This document shows positions 10,690-21,892 of a DNA stretch of 36,955 bases, one piece after another. Position numbers and translations under genes: made by a program. The notes beneath the pieces were generated by a model. It saw nothing but the letters and a program-made list of their open reading frames with translations, was not told where the DNA came from and did no database searches. The stretch is taken from positions 25,714,576 through 25,751,530 of the forward strand of contig NC_068995.1 in assembly GCF_001194135.2 (NCBI RefSeq), read 5' to 3'. This stretch comes from Octopus bimaculoides (lineage: Eukaryota). Each line of letters opens with the position of its first letter. The first letter of the stretch is position 1.

Positions 10690-11350
10690 GTCAGTCTGAA
10701 AACGTAAAATGACTGGGACGAGCTGGTGCAGCAGTGGACTCATTGGACAAGGGTGTTTGGCGCTACCGATATCTGAGCAGGAAGACAAAAGTTCAGGTTT
10801 TTAGATCGCTGTTCCCCCTGTCCTGCTCTATAGCTCTGATACTTGGACACTGTCCAGAACCCTTAGAAGCTGCTTGAACACTTTTGCTACCAGGACGCTT
10901 CGCAGGCTTATGGGTTACCATTGGTTGGATTTCATATTCAACCAACAACTCTACTCAGAAATTGGGATGCATCCTGTTACTAGTGTGATTCAGGAGCCCC
11001 CGCTTAGACTGTTTCACTATGCTGCTCGATTCTCCGAGTCAGGCCCTGCTTAAAGTGTTCTCTTCACTGAGAATCCAACTGCGTTGACGGCTCGTATTGA
11101 TCGACAACATGTCACATGGACACGGCAGATAGGGAGGCATCTCATGGAGATGGGGCAGACTGGGACTTTGCTGAACGGAAGACCCGGGAATATTCACAAA
11201 TGGTGAATGCAGCAACGCGTTGCAACGGTGCATGGCCCAACACTCGACCTGGCTGTTGAGTACACATGCAGTGTAATCATTTCCCTCTTCACAGTTCAAT
11301 ACGTTTTGTCTAAGTGGTACGATGTAGCACCACACAGAGGTCGTCTGGAC
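10690..11350 (+). mobile_element. RTE-clade LINE, 5'-truncated 3' end
   Basis: SLDKGVWRYRYLSRKTKVQVFRSL..PVLLYSSDTWTL...RTLRRLMGYHWLDFI.NQQL...RLRLFHY. This is the post-RT region typical of RTE. Confidence 0.8.
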
Positions 11351-11388
11351 AGACTTTAAGCTTTATAAAAGCAATAAATTTAATGTGT

Positions 11389-11604
11389 AAAGCGACGAGC
11401 TGGCAGAATCGTTAGCTTACCGGACGAAATACTTGGCAGCATTTCGTCCGTCTTCACGTTTCTGAGTTCAAATTCCGTGGAGATTTACTTTGCCTTTCAT
11501 CCTTTCGGGGTCGATAAATAAGTACCAGTTGAGAACTGCAGCCAATCTAATCCACTTGCCCCCTATCCCAAAATTGCTGACCTTGTACTAAAAATTTGAA
11601 ATCC
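11389..11604 (+). mobile_element. SINE family A
   Basis: gagctggcagaatcgttagc...gagttcaaattcc...gcctttcatcctttcggggtcgataaataagtaccag. Confidence 0.9.
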
Positions 11605-12790
11605 ATAAATGTAAGGTGTGAACATCTTATGGAATAAATATTTCGCAGCTCCCGACTAATTTTAAAACTTGATGATATCGTACAGTTTTCAAAAGTTTCT
11701 TCTAAATTCATCAAACTATATTCGATAAATATGAATTGGACAGCCTCTCATTTTAGTTTAACATATTGAGAAGTATTTTGTATTTCGAGACAATGGATTA
11801 TTATAAGCCTTATGTGGTAGGATATATGTCTAATGTTATTTCGGTTAAGTGTAGTTAATGAGAATAATGAATACGTTCAATTTAGAAGAAAAATTCAAAT
11901 TATGCCATTAATTATTTTATGCATTTGCATTAAGGTTTCGTTACTTTCATTGCCTGGGTTTTTCTTTCTAAATCAAGTTTCTCCTTATTTTCTAAAATAG
12001 TCACTTATTGGAGCAATGCTAGTAGATGTATCCAAAATCGTAATGAGCTAAAGTAAACGGTTTCGATACGTATTTCGGTGCAGTAGAGTATTCACTTCGT
12101 TTTCCTTCACTCCTGAAATTTATACTTTCCGGTACGGACGCAGTAATTTCATCAAATAACAGAAATCTAGTATGACTACTTAACAGATTCTTATACCTGA
12201 GACACGAAAATCAGGAAAATTTGAGATATCTCTCTGTGACTTAAAGTCTTGAAGATAGAATAGTTAAACGTTCATCGTTACATATATTTGTAATTGCTTT
12301 GGCTGCTATTAAGCCTAGAAGGATCTTGCCACTGAACAAACTTACAACCAATTAGAATTTGTGAATATAAGTGATGCCTTGAAAATTATTCTTGTTTGAA
12401 GTTAGTCCTCTCATGTCTCATGAATAATTCACATTTTCTCCAAATGACAATTGATTCATAAAAGCGTCTCTATCATATCTTCGTCAAAAATATGAGGTTT
12501 AAGTATAATATTCCGTACATGTACTCGAAATGCATACACTATGTATGCACGACCAATAATGTCTACATTATTAGAGCTGCTTTTAATTCATAATTCAACT
12601 CTCTTTCACATATGAAACGCCGCAGTACACCAGTAAATAGATTTCACTGTTCGCATACATGTCCCAAACCGGCAATTCATTTCGTTCCAGCGTCGTGTAG
12701 GGAGCTTTTCCAGGGCTCTATCCCTTAGCAAACAAGCGTAGAAACAAAATACTTACACTATATATGTGCGACCGATAATGTTGCATTACT

Positions 12791-13114
12791 TCACACTCCG
12801 TCGGTTACGACGATGAGGGTTTCGGTTGATCTAATCAACGGAACACCCTCCACATAAAATTAACGTGCAAGTGGTTGAGCACTCCACAGACAATCGTGCT
12901 CTTAACGTAGTTCTCAGAATGGTTCAGCGAAACACAGAATGGGACAAGACTGGCCTTTTGAAATACAGGTAGTACTCGTTTTTGCCAGCAAAATCGACTG
13001 AAACAACGTGAAATAAGGCGTCTTGCTCAAGGATACAACGCACCACCGGGAATCAAACTCACGACCTTTCAATTGTAAGCCGAATACTTCTAACACTTAA
13101 CCACACTCCTTCAC
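12791..13114 (-). mobile_element. tRNA-derived SINE family D (family C 3' tail, different head and middle)
   Basis: The tail (ccgtcggttacgacg...aattaacgtgcaagtgg.tgagcactccacagaca...ttgaaatacaggta) is shared with 5763-6143. The minus head is gtgaaggagtgtggttaagtg and the middle is tccttgagcaagac. Confidence 0.85.
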
Positions 13115-13251
13115 ACATACATGCGAATTCTGCCCACGACTCTTTCACCACCGACTTGGACTCCAAAGTCACATTCGGCACAAACATCTGCCGAGAAGAC
13201 TGGATAGAAACTGACGAACTCATTGCTCGGATACGAGCTGGAGCCAACGAT

Positions 13252-13294
13252 ATATATACAAACACAGATACACACACACACACACACAAGCACA

Positions 13295-13333
<39 letters not shown>

Positions 13334-13356
13334 ACATACTCACACACACACATATA
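13252..13356. repeat. (CA)n-rich microsatellite
   Basis: Read directly from the sequence. Confidence 0.95.
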
Positions 13357-13450
13357 TAATGTACTCTACCGTAACGATAAGATCAACAAAAACACTACTC
13401 CATCTGGTGAGAGATAAATATTATCTAATAGAAACGGTATATGTTCCTAA

Positions 13451-13505
13451 GTGCTACTGATAGTTTCATATGTTGAGAAATATCTCAAACATATTCGTCA
13501 GGCAC
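13451..13505 (-). ncRNA. Type I hammerhead ribozyme, canonical core
   Basis: Minus: GUGC-CUGACGA-AUAUGUUUGAGA uauu UCUCAACAUAU-GAA-ACU auc AGU-A-GCAC. Stem I 4 bp, stem II 11 bp with one bulge, stem III 3 bp. Predicted cleavage after GUA (between 13455 and 13454). Confidence 0.85.
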
Positions 13506-14738
13506 AAATCACATATCATAATGAACTGAAAATAGAAGAAACGCGAAAAGTTGAGAAGGAAACATAGAAAACGTAGAAGGTTAAAAAACGGAAAACCAAA
13601 ATATCAACAAGGTAAAAGAGTTATTCTCCTTAGACCTTAAATTATAAGGCCGGAAAGATATCAACAGGTTAATTAGCTATGGCTGGAATTTTCCAACTCT
13701 TCAAACTGTATTTAGACATATTTTTACAACCGCTGAGAATTCCAGAATTAAAGTTCAGTAGTGTGTTAGGAGTTTTAGATCTGAAAAGGATCAGGGCTCT
13801 TTCAGTTAAACTTAGCCTACGTTTATTTGATCCCTTAACATAAGGTGTGGATTTTTCAGTTATTTTCCACTTAATCACATGGAGTGTTTCGTTAGCCAAC
13901 TTAGTAGCTTTGCTTTTGTCCTTATGTCGGAAGGAAGCTCTGTGTTTGGAATATCGATTGTTTAAAATTCTCCTTCACATAATCCGATATAGGTCTTTTT
14001 AGGATCTTGGTATTGACCTAGTGTAATGATACCCTTCATATTGAGGCAGCAGCTATATGATAATTTCACAGAACGCCTATTAAATATTTTGCAGTACCTG
14101 TGAGTAGCTGGAAAGAGTTTTTCAAGGAGAGACAGAGATCTCTTACCCATGTTAGTTTTTATGTTAAGGGAAAACGGAGAGCGAACCAAATAACTTTCGT
14201 TAGCCTATTTTTAGGTCCATTATTATCATTCTAATATTAGAGGGATTACATATTAATTTGTTTTTGAAGCCATTATTAGCTTGGGTATTGTTATAGTAGG
14301 GGCTGCGTTCGCGAAAATTTCTTTAGAAGAGACGTTAGACACTCTGTTACTAATAAATATTACAGGAGGGTGACAAGACTGTTTATGTATATACGCGAGT
14401 TTCTCATTAGGGTTATGGAAAGATTTATAAGAGTTCAGGTGTAGGGAAATATCTAAAAAATCAAGTATAGACAGTAGTTATAATTTTAAGGCCTAATTGA
14501 TTGAATGTAGAAATAAGTTGCTTCCTAAATCTATGAAGGGTGTGATCATCACACTCATGGGAAATATCCAAACCGTCGTCAAAGTATAGACCAATATCAT
14601 GAGATGGGTACTTAAATCTCAATGTGCTTAATACAAATAAACTTTTTCGTTTTCCGTTCTTTAAGCTTATACGTTTTCTATGTGCTTCCTCCTCAACTTT
14701 CTTCTCACATTCTATTTTTGGTTCATGATATGTGATTT

Positions 14739-14792
14739 GTGCCTGACGATTATATTTGAGCTTTTTCTCAACAATGAAACTATTAGTAGCAC
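14739..14792 (+). ncRNA. Inverted second copy of the hammerhead (stem II partly decayed)
   Basis: GTGC-CTGACGA-ttatatTTGAG cttttt CTCAAcaat-GAA-ACT att AGT-A-GCAC. The core and stems I/III are intact; the outer stem II is mismatched. Confidence 0.7.
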
Positions 14793-14989
14793 TTAAATAC
14801 ATGTATTGTGTCTATTGAATAATATATGTATTTACATATTGATATATTTTGGGACGGTCCTTTTGTTTATTTATTTATTTTTTGCCAAATAAAACCACGC
14901 ATTATATATTCGTTCTTCACTTGTTTATTATTCTACTTGTTTTATGTAAGGTAAAATAAGATGTACACTTTGTATTTAAATAAGTACTA

Positions 14990-16474
14990 AAGTGACTTTG
15001 AAGAGCTCTCGTCAGTGACACAAGTTTTTAATCAACCGGACCTCAATGACCTCGTTAGGGAGCTAAATCTCTCAAAGACATCAGCAGAATTGTTGGAGTC
15101 TAGATTAGCAGAGGAAAATTTAGTGCATCCGCAAACGAAAATCACATACTATCGCAATAGAGAAAGAAGTTTGCTACCGTTCTTCTCGGAGGAAAGTGAT
15201 TTTGTTTTTTGCAACAATATTGATGAAAATTGGCATATCAAGTGAATAGCGGCTGTTCATAGACAGTTCTCAGCGGAGCTTAAAATGTGTGCTTCTACAC
15301 AATGGAAGCAAATATGGATCAATCCCAATTGGTCACTCAACTAAGATGACTGAAAAGCAAAAAACAATTTCTCTAGTCCTACAGAAAAATATCATACCAC
15401 GATCACCAGTGGTTAATCTATGTAGATCTAACAATGGTGAATTTTCTCCCGAGTAAGCAGAGTGGATAAACAAAGTATCCCTACTTTATGTGTCTCTGAG
15501 ATAGTAGATCTAAGGATGAGCACTGGGTGAGAAAACAGTGGCCTCTGAGAGAAAACATGGTAGTATGAGAAAAAAGAATGTAAATGGTGGTAGGAGAAAA
15601 AAGAATGTAAATTCAGAAGCATTGGTTGACCACTGCATATCAAATTAAGTTTCATTAAACACTTTGTAAAGGTTCTGAACAAAGAGAGAAGATGCTTTGG
15701 CTACATCTGCAGAAATTTTCCAGCACTGAGCATGGAGAAGCTAAAGGCAAGTATTTTTGACCGTCCACAAATCAGAGCACTCATGAAAGATCCATATTTA
15801 AAAGATTCAATGAGCAAAGCTGAGACAGATGCATGGTTTTCTTTCACTATGGTTGTACAGAATTATCTTGGGAACTATAAAGCAGATAATTACACTGAGC
15901 TAGTAGAGAGAATGCTCTCTTCTTTCTGTCCACTTGGCAGTACAATGAGTATCAAGGTGCATTATCTTCCGCAGCCACTTAGATCGTTTCCTAGAAAACC
16001 TCGTTGACCTAAGTGAAGAGCAAGATGAACGATTTCATCAAGATTTAAAATTATGGAAGAAAGATACCGGGGACACTGAGATACGCACATGATGTCAGAT
16101 TACTGCTGGCCTATTCTCTGGCGCAGCTCACCACAAGAAGTCTTTGAAGCGCCACTTTTGTGAGACATTTCAGTAAATGAACAGTGTATCAATGACAGCT
16201 TTCTATACTTGTTACATTATTATCTTATTCTCTGATATAAATTCTTCATAAATAAAAGAAATCTACGTGTATGAATTCGTTTTATTTATCCAGAAGCAAA
16301 AATAATGATTTGTAGACACCAGTGCTAGTGTCCAATTGGTCGTATGCATTAAAATTGGGGGTGTAACCAGAGGTGATAGAAAAAAAAAACTAATGGTATA
16401 TTTAGAATCAGAGACCAAAATTTATTTTAAAAAAGGTCTAATATCTCATGCACCAATTTTCATGTTTCCCAGTG
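14990..16474 (+). mobile_element. Chapaev3-like (CMC superfamily) DNA transposon remnant, 5'-truncated
   Basis: FNQPDLNDLVRELNLSK.SAELLESRL, WRLFIDSS..LKCVLLHNG, LSMEKLKASIFD.PQIR.LM.D, SIKVHYL.SHLD.F..NL..LSEEQ.ERFHQD, MMSDYCW. The right terminus is ..tttcccagtg (ends 16474) followed by tta. No left TIR found. Confidence 0.8.
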
Positions 16475-17129
16475 TTATATATACGAGATATAATATGGTA
16501 AGAAGAAAAAATATTTTAGTGTATACATAACAAGAGACTTCAATGTTTTCAGTAGTTTCCTAAAATAATGAACTTATGATCTAAGAAACATGAATGAAAA
16601 ACTTTTTGGCATATTTTCGATTTTGGATTTCTCCACAGAAACAAATTAAACGGCGAAATATCGTTAGAATGCAAGGTAGAATGCTTTCAGTATTTATTCC
16701 AGCTCGCTGAGCTCAATTGTGCCTTTCAGAGTATCGGAGGGAAACAAAGATGTAAAACTTGGCTGTTCTTTTTTATCCTTATCCAGTCTGAAACGTTAAA
16801 TACTTCACTCCCAACAGTAATCAAACTGTAATTTATTTTCTAAGGCTGTATCTTCCGTGGTTGCGAGGAATCATTGGTAAAATAATCAGCATTGAAATGT
16901 CAGATATTCCTTCACCCGGAAATCACTTTCAGGCCCGATCCTGTGTGTATGTATGTGTGTTGTATGTTCGTGTGTATTTTGTTTTACCCCTTTTCTTTCT
17001 TCGATGTGTTGGGCGCATTTGATTAGTGATGACACACTTGACAGAACGGGAGTTAAACAAACAAGGTTGAAATCCTTCTTCACCTTGTAATTTGAAAAGG
17101 TACTTTTTTTATTCGAATAGATATTTAGT

Positions 17130-18360
17130 AAGAGACTTCACCTTTGGTAAACTGACTGTAAAGCCAAACTGCTTAGTGAGGCTATATATACATGGACTGA
17201 ATTCAGCCAAAGATAATACATTATAGTCAGCATCTTATAACTCCCAGAACATAGTCGTAGTTATATGATTTTTCTCTTTAAGCTGTCGAAGATTAAAAGT
17301 CATCCATAGTATATGCATTGAACGATAGCTCTAACTTTGGAATCACGTCTGATTTTTCATCAGCACAGCAGTCATATACATAGAAAATTTACTGTGTGTG
17401 AACGCATAAACTCACCTTGGTATGACACATGACCTCAGACAGCATCATGACATCACTGAGCCACTTGCTTGAAGTGGTTTAGCCAAATTTCTCAACTACT
17501 TTATATGTGGTGGACCTTAGCACTGTGTCAAAGGTATTAACTCTATCATAAGTAACAAATTTGGTTTCTACTGTGCTCTGGTATTTTCTTGAAGTGGTGT
17601 GCAGCAAAATTACTATCAACACGTCTTGTATATTGCTGAGGACAGTGTAAACAAGATGTGTTCTGGTGATTTCTTGAGCGGATTTTTTAATACTTGAAAC
17701 AAGATTTTGCCAGCTAATGATAAGAGTTATCCCTCTACATTTTCTATAAATTCTCCTATCAACTTTATTGAAGATGTTCAGGATATTGCCATGCTTAAAA
17801 TCGATCCCGTATTGATAGAATTAGGTGATGGAAATGAGCTTCCAAGGGCACTCTTCTTTCTTTGTATATTACAGCAAGAATAGAATCGGGTTCAGAAGCT
17901 TTGTTTTTACGTATTTCATGGAGAATTAGAGATTCCTGCATTTATTACTACTTGGAGAACGGGGGAAAGTCAACATGGCAGCCATCAGAGGCAATTAGTG
18001 ATCTGTTCGGTAGGCTGTTGAAGTGTTCAGACGAATGAGTTTGGGATTACCTCAACAGCAGTCCACATCCTGACATCTTCACATTTCATTGGTGTTAAGG
18101 CTATATTGACCTGTTTGTAGTCAGTGGAAATCATGCATATGATGTTGGTCAGTGTAGCTTTCTGGTTTCATCAGACTTACCTTGCTGCCAGTCGTTTTCT
18201 CGTTTAAATCTTATGGATTTGTGTTTCAACATCAAAGATCGATAATTCTCTTCCATGGATATTCCCGACCAATTCTTTCAAATTTTTGACGAATCCTGGG
18301 ATTTTTCTGTTGATTACATTCAGTTTCTTCCGTAAGAGCAGATTGTGCCTTTGTTCTTGG
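17130..18360 (-). mobile_element. RTE (BovB-like) LINE remnant, degraded RT
   Basis: Minus-strand traces of NKA..PDSILA, RGITL.SLAGKIL, FDTV, FNLR.LK.K and FG.TVSL.K.EV. Many indels. Confidence 0.7.
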
Positions 18361-18397
18361 TTTACATTTGAGACTCATGTACGCGTGTATATACATA

Positions 18398-18575
18398 ACT
18401 GAAAGAAGCTGGTCAGATGTGTGTATGTGTCTTTGTGATTCTGTATGTCTCCCACCACCATTTCACAACCGGTGTTTTGTTTATGCCTCCTTAACTTAAT
18501 GGTTCGCAAAAAGAGGCTGATAGGTAATTGCTAAGTTTTTAAAATAAGTACTGATACCGATTTGTTCGACTAAAC
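18398..18575 (+). mobile_element. SINE family B, 3' part, left of the hAT insertion
   Basis: aactgaaagaagc...cttaacttaatggttcgcaaaaagag...gatttgttcgactaaa. It continues at 21392. Confidence 0.8.
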
Positions 18576-19115
18576 CAGACATATCAAACTCCCGGCCCGT
18601 GGGTCATTTCTGGCCCGTGGACCATTTCTGACCCGTGCAGTAATTTTATTCGGCCCGTGGGACCATTTTGATATCAACTTGAAATTGGTCCAACAAATAG
18701 AGTACTTTACTGCCCTCGGCAACACCCATGCCTTCTTGTTACAAATACACATACATAGTGTGTGACTAAAGCAGGCCATTACAGTATATATAGCACTGAC
18801 TACACTACCTTTCTTACTAATGGTTTCACCAAAAGTAGTAATAGTTTAATACACGACTAGAAACAACACCACTGTAACTATAAAACCCTGCCTGTACAAA
18901 AAAGCACAGTAAAGGGGCATGATAACATAGTTGCAAGTCTTAACTGTAACTGCAACAAAGCATACTGGGAAACGCCTCCTTCGATTCTCTAATCGCGTGT
19001 TGTGAAGCGTTGATGACGCAAAATCTACTAATCCCATAATACACCACAACAGCCGCCTTACCGCTCTTTCGGGTGATCATTTTCACGTGACGTCATTCAG
19101 TAGCTGTCTATATCA

Positions 19116-20924
19116 ATGGCCAAGAGAAATGTCGATGCTGAAAACAGAGCCTTTCAATTCCGGCGGGAAACCGAGTACATGTTTATTGACATTGATGGCA
19201 AACCTGTGTGTTTTAATTGTGGTGCTAATGTTGCTGTACTTAAAGAGTATAATCTCAAACACCACTACGAGACAAAACATCAGGACAAGTATAAATACCT
19301 CACTGCTGAGCAGAGACAACGAAAGGTAGACGAGTTGAAGAGGAATCTCACATTACAACACACTTTTTTAACCGATGCAAAATCACAAAGTGGAGTTGCT
19401 GTTAAAGCAAGTTTTATTGTGGCAGAGGAGACCACAAAATCAGCCCGGCCATTAACCGAAGGAGAGTTTGTGAAGAACTGCGTGATGAAAATGTGTGACG
19501 TTTTGTGTCCAGACAAGAGCAACTGTTTGCTAATGTGAGTATTAGCAGAAATACGGTTGCTGATCGGGTGTGTGGGATCGCCACTGATTTGAAAATACAC
19601 TTGATTGAAAAAGGAAAAGATTTTGTTGCATAGTCTTTTGCTGTGGATGAGACTACTGCCACGACTGATACGGCACAGCTGGCTATCTTCGTCCGTGGAG
19701 TGGACTCCATTTATTGGTCAGGGAGGAAACTTTGGACATTAATTTGATGCACGGGCAACAGGAAAGGAACATTTTAAAAAAATATGTCAGAGTGTAACCA
19801 ACATGAAATTGCCTTGGGACAAACTTGTTGGATTTACAACAGATGGAGCACTGGCGATGTGCGGTGAAAAAGCGGACTAGTAGGTAGGATACGTTTAAAG
19901 ATGTAAGAAGGGAACTGCGCTGTTGAGTTGACAGCATATAACAGCATCATAAACCAGGAAATGCTGTGCACTAAGCCTTAAAAATGGAACATGTAAAGAG
20001 CACTTTAAAGTAAACCGTAAACTTTATCTGAGCCAAAGGGTTAAATCACTGCCAATTTCAGTCTTTCCTGCGGGAAATACATTCAGAGTTCGGTGACGTG
20101 CCTTATCATTTGGAGGTGTGGTGGCTCAGTCGGACAAAGGTCCTCAATATAGTTTTGAGCTGGTTGAGGAAATATGTCAGTTCATGGACAGTAAAGGAAA
20201 AGAATCCAAAGTTCTGCGGGATGAAAAGTGGAAATGCAAGCTGACGTCTCAGGTTGACATAACTACGCATCTCACTGTTTTAACCATCCATCTCCAGGGA
20301 TGGGATTGCATGATCTGTGATATGTATGACGTAGTATAGGCATTTCAAGAGAAGCTGCGCTTACGGGAGACACAAATGCACCAATTGAACTTGTTTCACT
20401 TTCCCTGTTGCTAAGTAATGTTGAGCCAAGTCAGCTCCACGGTGTTCCCAAAGCAACACTTTGCTGACAAATTGAGTGCACTCCGCACTGAATTCGCACT
20501 GCGCTTTAGTGTCTTTGAAGCACAGAAAAATAATTTCGAGCTGCTTCGCAATCTATTTGCCGTCAATGTGGAAACTGCACCTGTACAGATTCAAATCGAG
20601 CTGATAGAACTGCAGTGTAATGGGACATTAAAAGCGAAGTACGACTCTGTGGAGCCCGCACAGTTCACTCGCTTTATATCTGAAGCAATGTCCCAGCTCC
20701 GTTTACACGCAGCTCGAACGCTGTCTTTGTTTGGAAACACATATCTGTGCGAGCCGCTGTTCTCTGTGATGAAGATGAATAAAACATCACATAAGAGTCG
20801 TCTCACAGATGAACACCTGCAATCCATCCTGAGAGTCTCAACAACACATAACATTGTCTCAACCATCAATGAACTTGTTGCCAAGAAAAGATGTCAAGTA
20901 TGTAACTCGGACAAAATTGCATAA
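19116..20924 (+). pseudogene. hAT (GTF2IRD2/SPIN-like) transposase pseudogene
   Basis: KRNVDAENRAFQ..GKPVCFNC..VAVLKEYNLKHHYETKH (zinc finger), AVDETT.TTDTAQLAIFVRGV, TTDGA, EVWWLS, FGNTYLCEPLFSVMKMNK...SRLTDEHL (dimerisation domain). Multiple stops and frameshifts. Confidence 0.9.
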
Positions 20925-21140
20925 AGAAAATTGAAAGTTTCGATTTGTTATTTTAATTTTCACTGAAAAGCACATTTTTTATTTATATTTTCTGGGGTTC
21001 TTTTGCAACATGTTCTTATCTTAAATTTTTATGATTTTGACTGGAGATATTTTTATGCAGAGCAAAATATTTCAAGTAATTTAAGTTAAAGTCAATTTGT
21101 TTTTGGAATAAAATTACATACCATGTGTTTCAATACATGT

Positions 21141-21340
21141 CCGAGCTGGCAGAATCGTTAGCACGCCGGCGAAATGCTTAGCGGTGTTTCGTCTGCCGTT
21201 ACGTTGTGAGTTCAAACTCCGCCGAGGTCGACTTTGCCTTTCATCCTTTTGGGGTCGATTAAATAAGTACCAGTTACGTACTGAGGTCGATGTAATCAAC
21301 TTAAACCCTTTGTTTGTCCTCTCTATGTTTAGCCCCCCTG
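21141..21340 (+). mobile_element. SINE family A nested inside the hAT right subterminal region
   Basis: ccgagctggcagaatcgttagcacgcc...gcctttcatccttttggggtcgattaaataagtaccag. It runs into the N gap. Confidence 0.9.
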
Positions 21341-21391
21341 NNNNNNNNNNGTTCGCCCCCCCCCCCTGTGCGATTGAGTTTGACACCCTTG

Positions 21392-21470
21392 GACTAAATC
21401 ATTCAAGGCTATTCCCCAATATTGTCGCAGTCCATTGATTGAAACAAGTAAAAAATAAAGATAAAAGAAT
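21392..21470 (+). mobile_element. SINE family B, extreme 3' end, right of the hAT insertion
   Basis: gactaaatcattcaagg...gcagtccattgattgaaacaagtaaaa continues the tail broken at 18575. Confidence 0.8.
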
Positions 21471-21892
21471 GCACATACACGCAAACACACACACACACAC
21501 ACATATACACACATATTTTTTACAGACCACAGACATTCTTTTTCAAAATGATAGTGTATATTGGTTTTATGACAACGCCGTGTCGCACAGGGAGCTAATT
21601 CTTTGATGGCATTTTTGGGCAGGTGCTAATGTGTGATGTCTTCCACAGAAATATGCCGTAATCTTGTAATGTTATTATCAGTCCGAATGTGCTTGAGGCA
21701 CGTTCGAACCGGTGAACAAGCTACTCACTGCGTTTTGTCACGGAAGATATATCCCGTTTGTTGATAAAGGGTGTGTATGCACCTATATCAGCTCGCAGCA
21801 CCGTCTATCCAACCGTGAGATGCAAGCATTTCGGAGTAGTTATCTCCTCTTCAGTTACGGACACCAGGCAGGCGGCGCTGCGAGCTGATTGA

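Larger units (their letters stand above)
13448..14795 (-). mobile_element. 5'-truncated Penelope-like element (Naiad-like motifs) flanked by inverted ~150-bp pseudo-LTRs
   Basis: Minus-strand motifs: LFVLSTL..DIGLYFDDGL..RFRKQLISTFNQLGLKI (RT); PFSLNIKTNMGK..FPATH..KIFNRRSVKLSYSC; KTYIGLCEGEF and IKWKI..PY..L.LTE..LLN (GIY-YIG). 13448-13600 and 14643-14795 are inverted copies, roughly 75-80% identical by eye. The Naiad clade call comes from recalled motifs and is less certain than the PLE call. Confidence 0.9.
18576..21391 (+). mobile_element. Charlie/SPIN-type hAT transposon with both termini
   Basis: TIRs CAGACATATCAAACTC and revcomp CAAGGGTGTCAAACTC match at 11/16. The 8-bp TSD is gactaaac (18568-75) / gactaaat (21392-99). 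Four subterminal (g)cccgtg repeats lie at about 18590-18660. A 10-N gap at 21341-50 falls inside the right end. Confidence 0.85.

Noticed and set aside
13205-13245. CTGACGA followed by a gctc/gagc hairpin
   Set aside because: There is no GAAA after the hairpin, so the hammerhead topology cannot be completed.
13660-14200. Selenocysteine (UGA) recoding reported for some Naiad PLEs
   Set aside because: The expected Cys positions I could read are Arg, Ser or Cys here and in the 25.3-26.3 kb copy, not TGA. I identified no SECIS.
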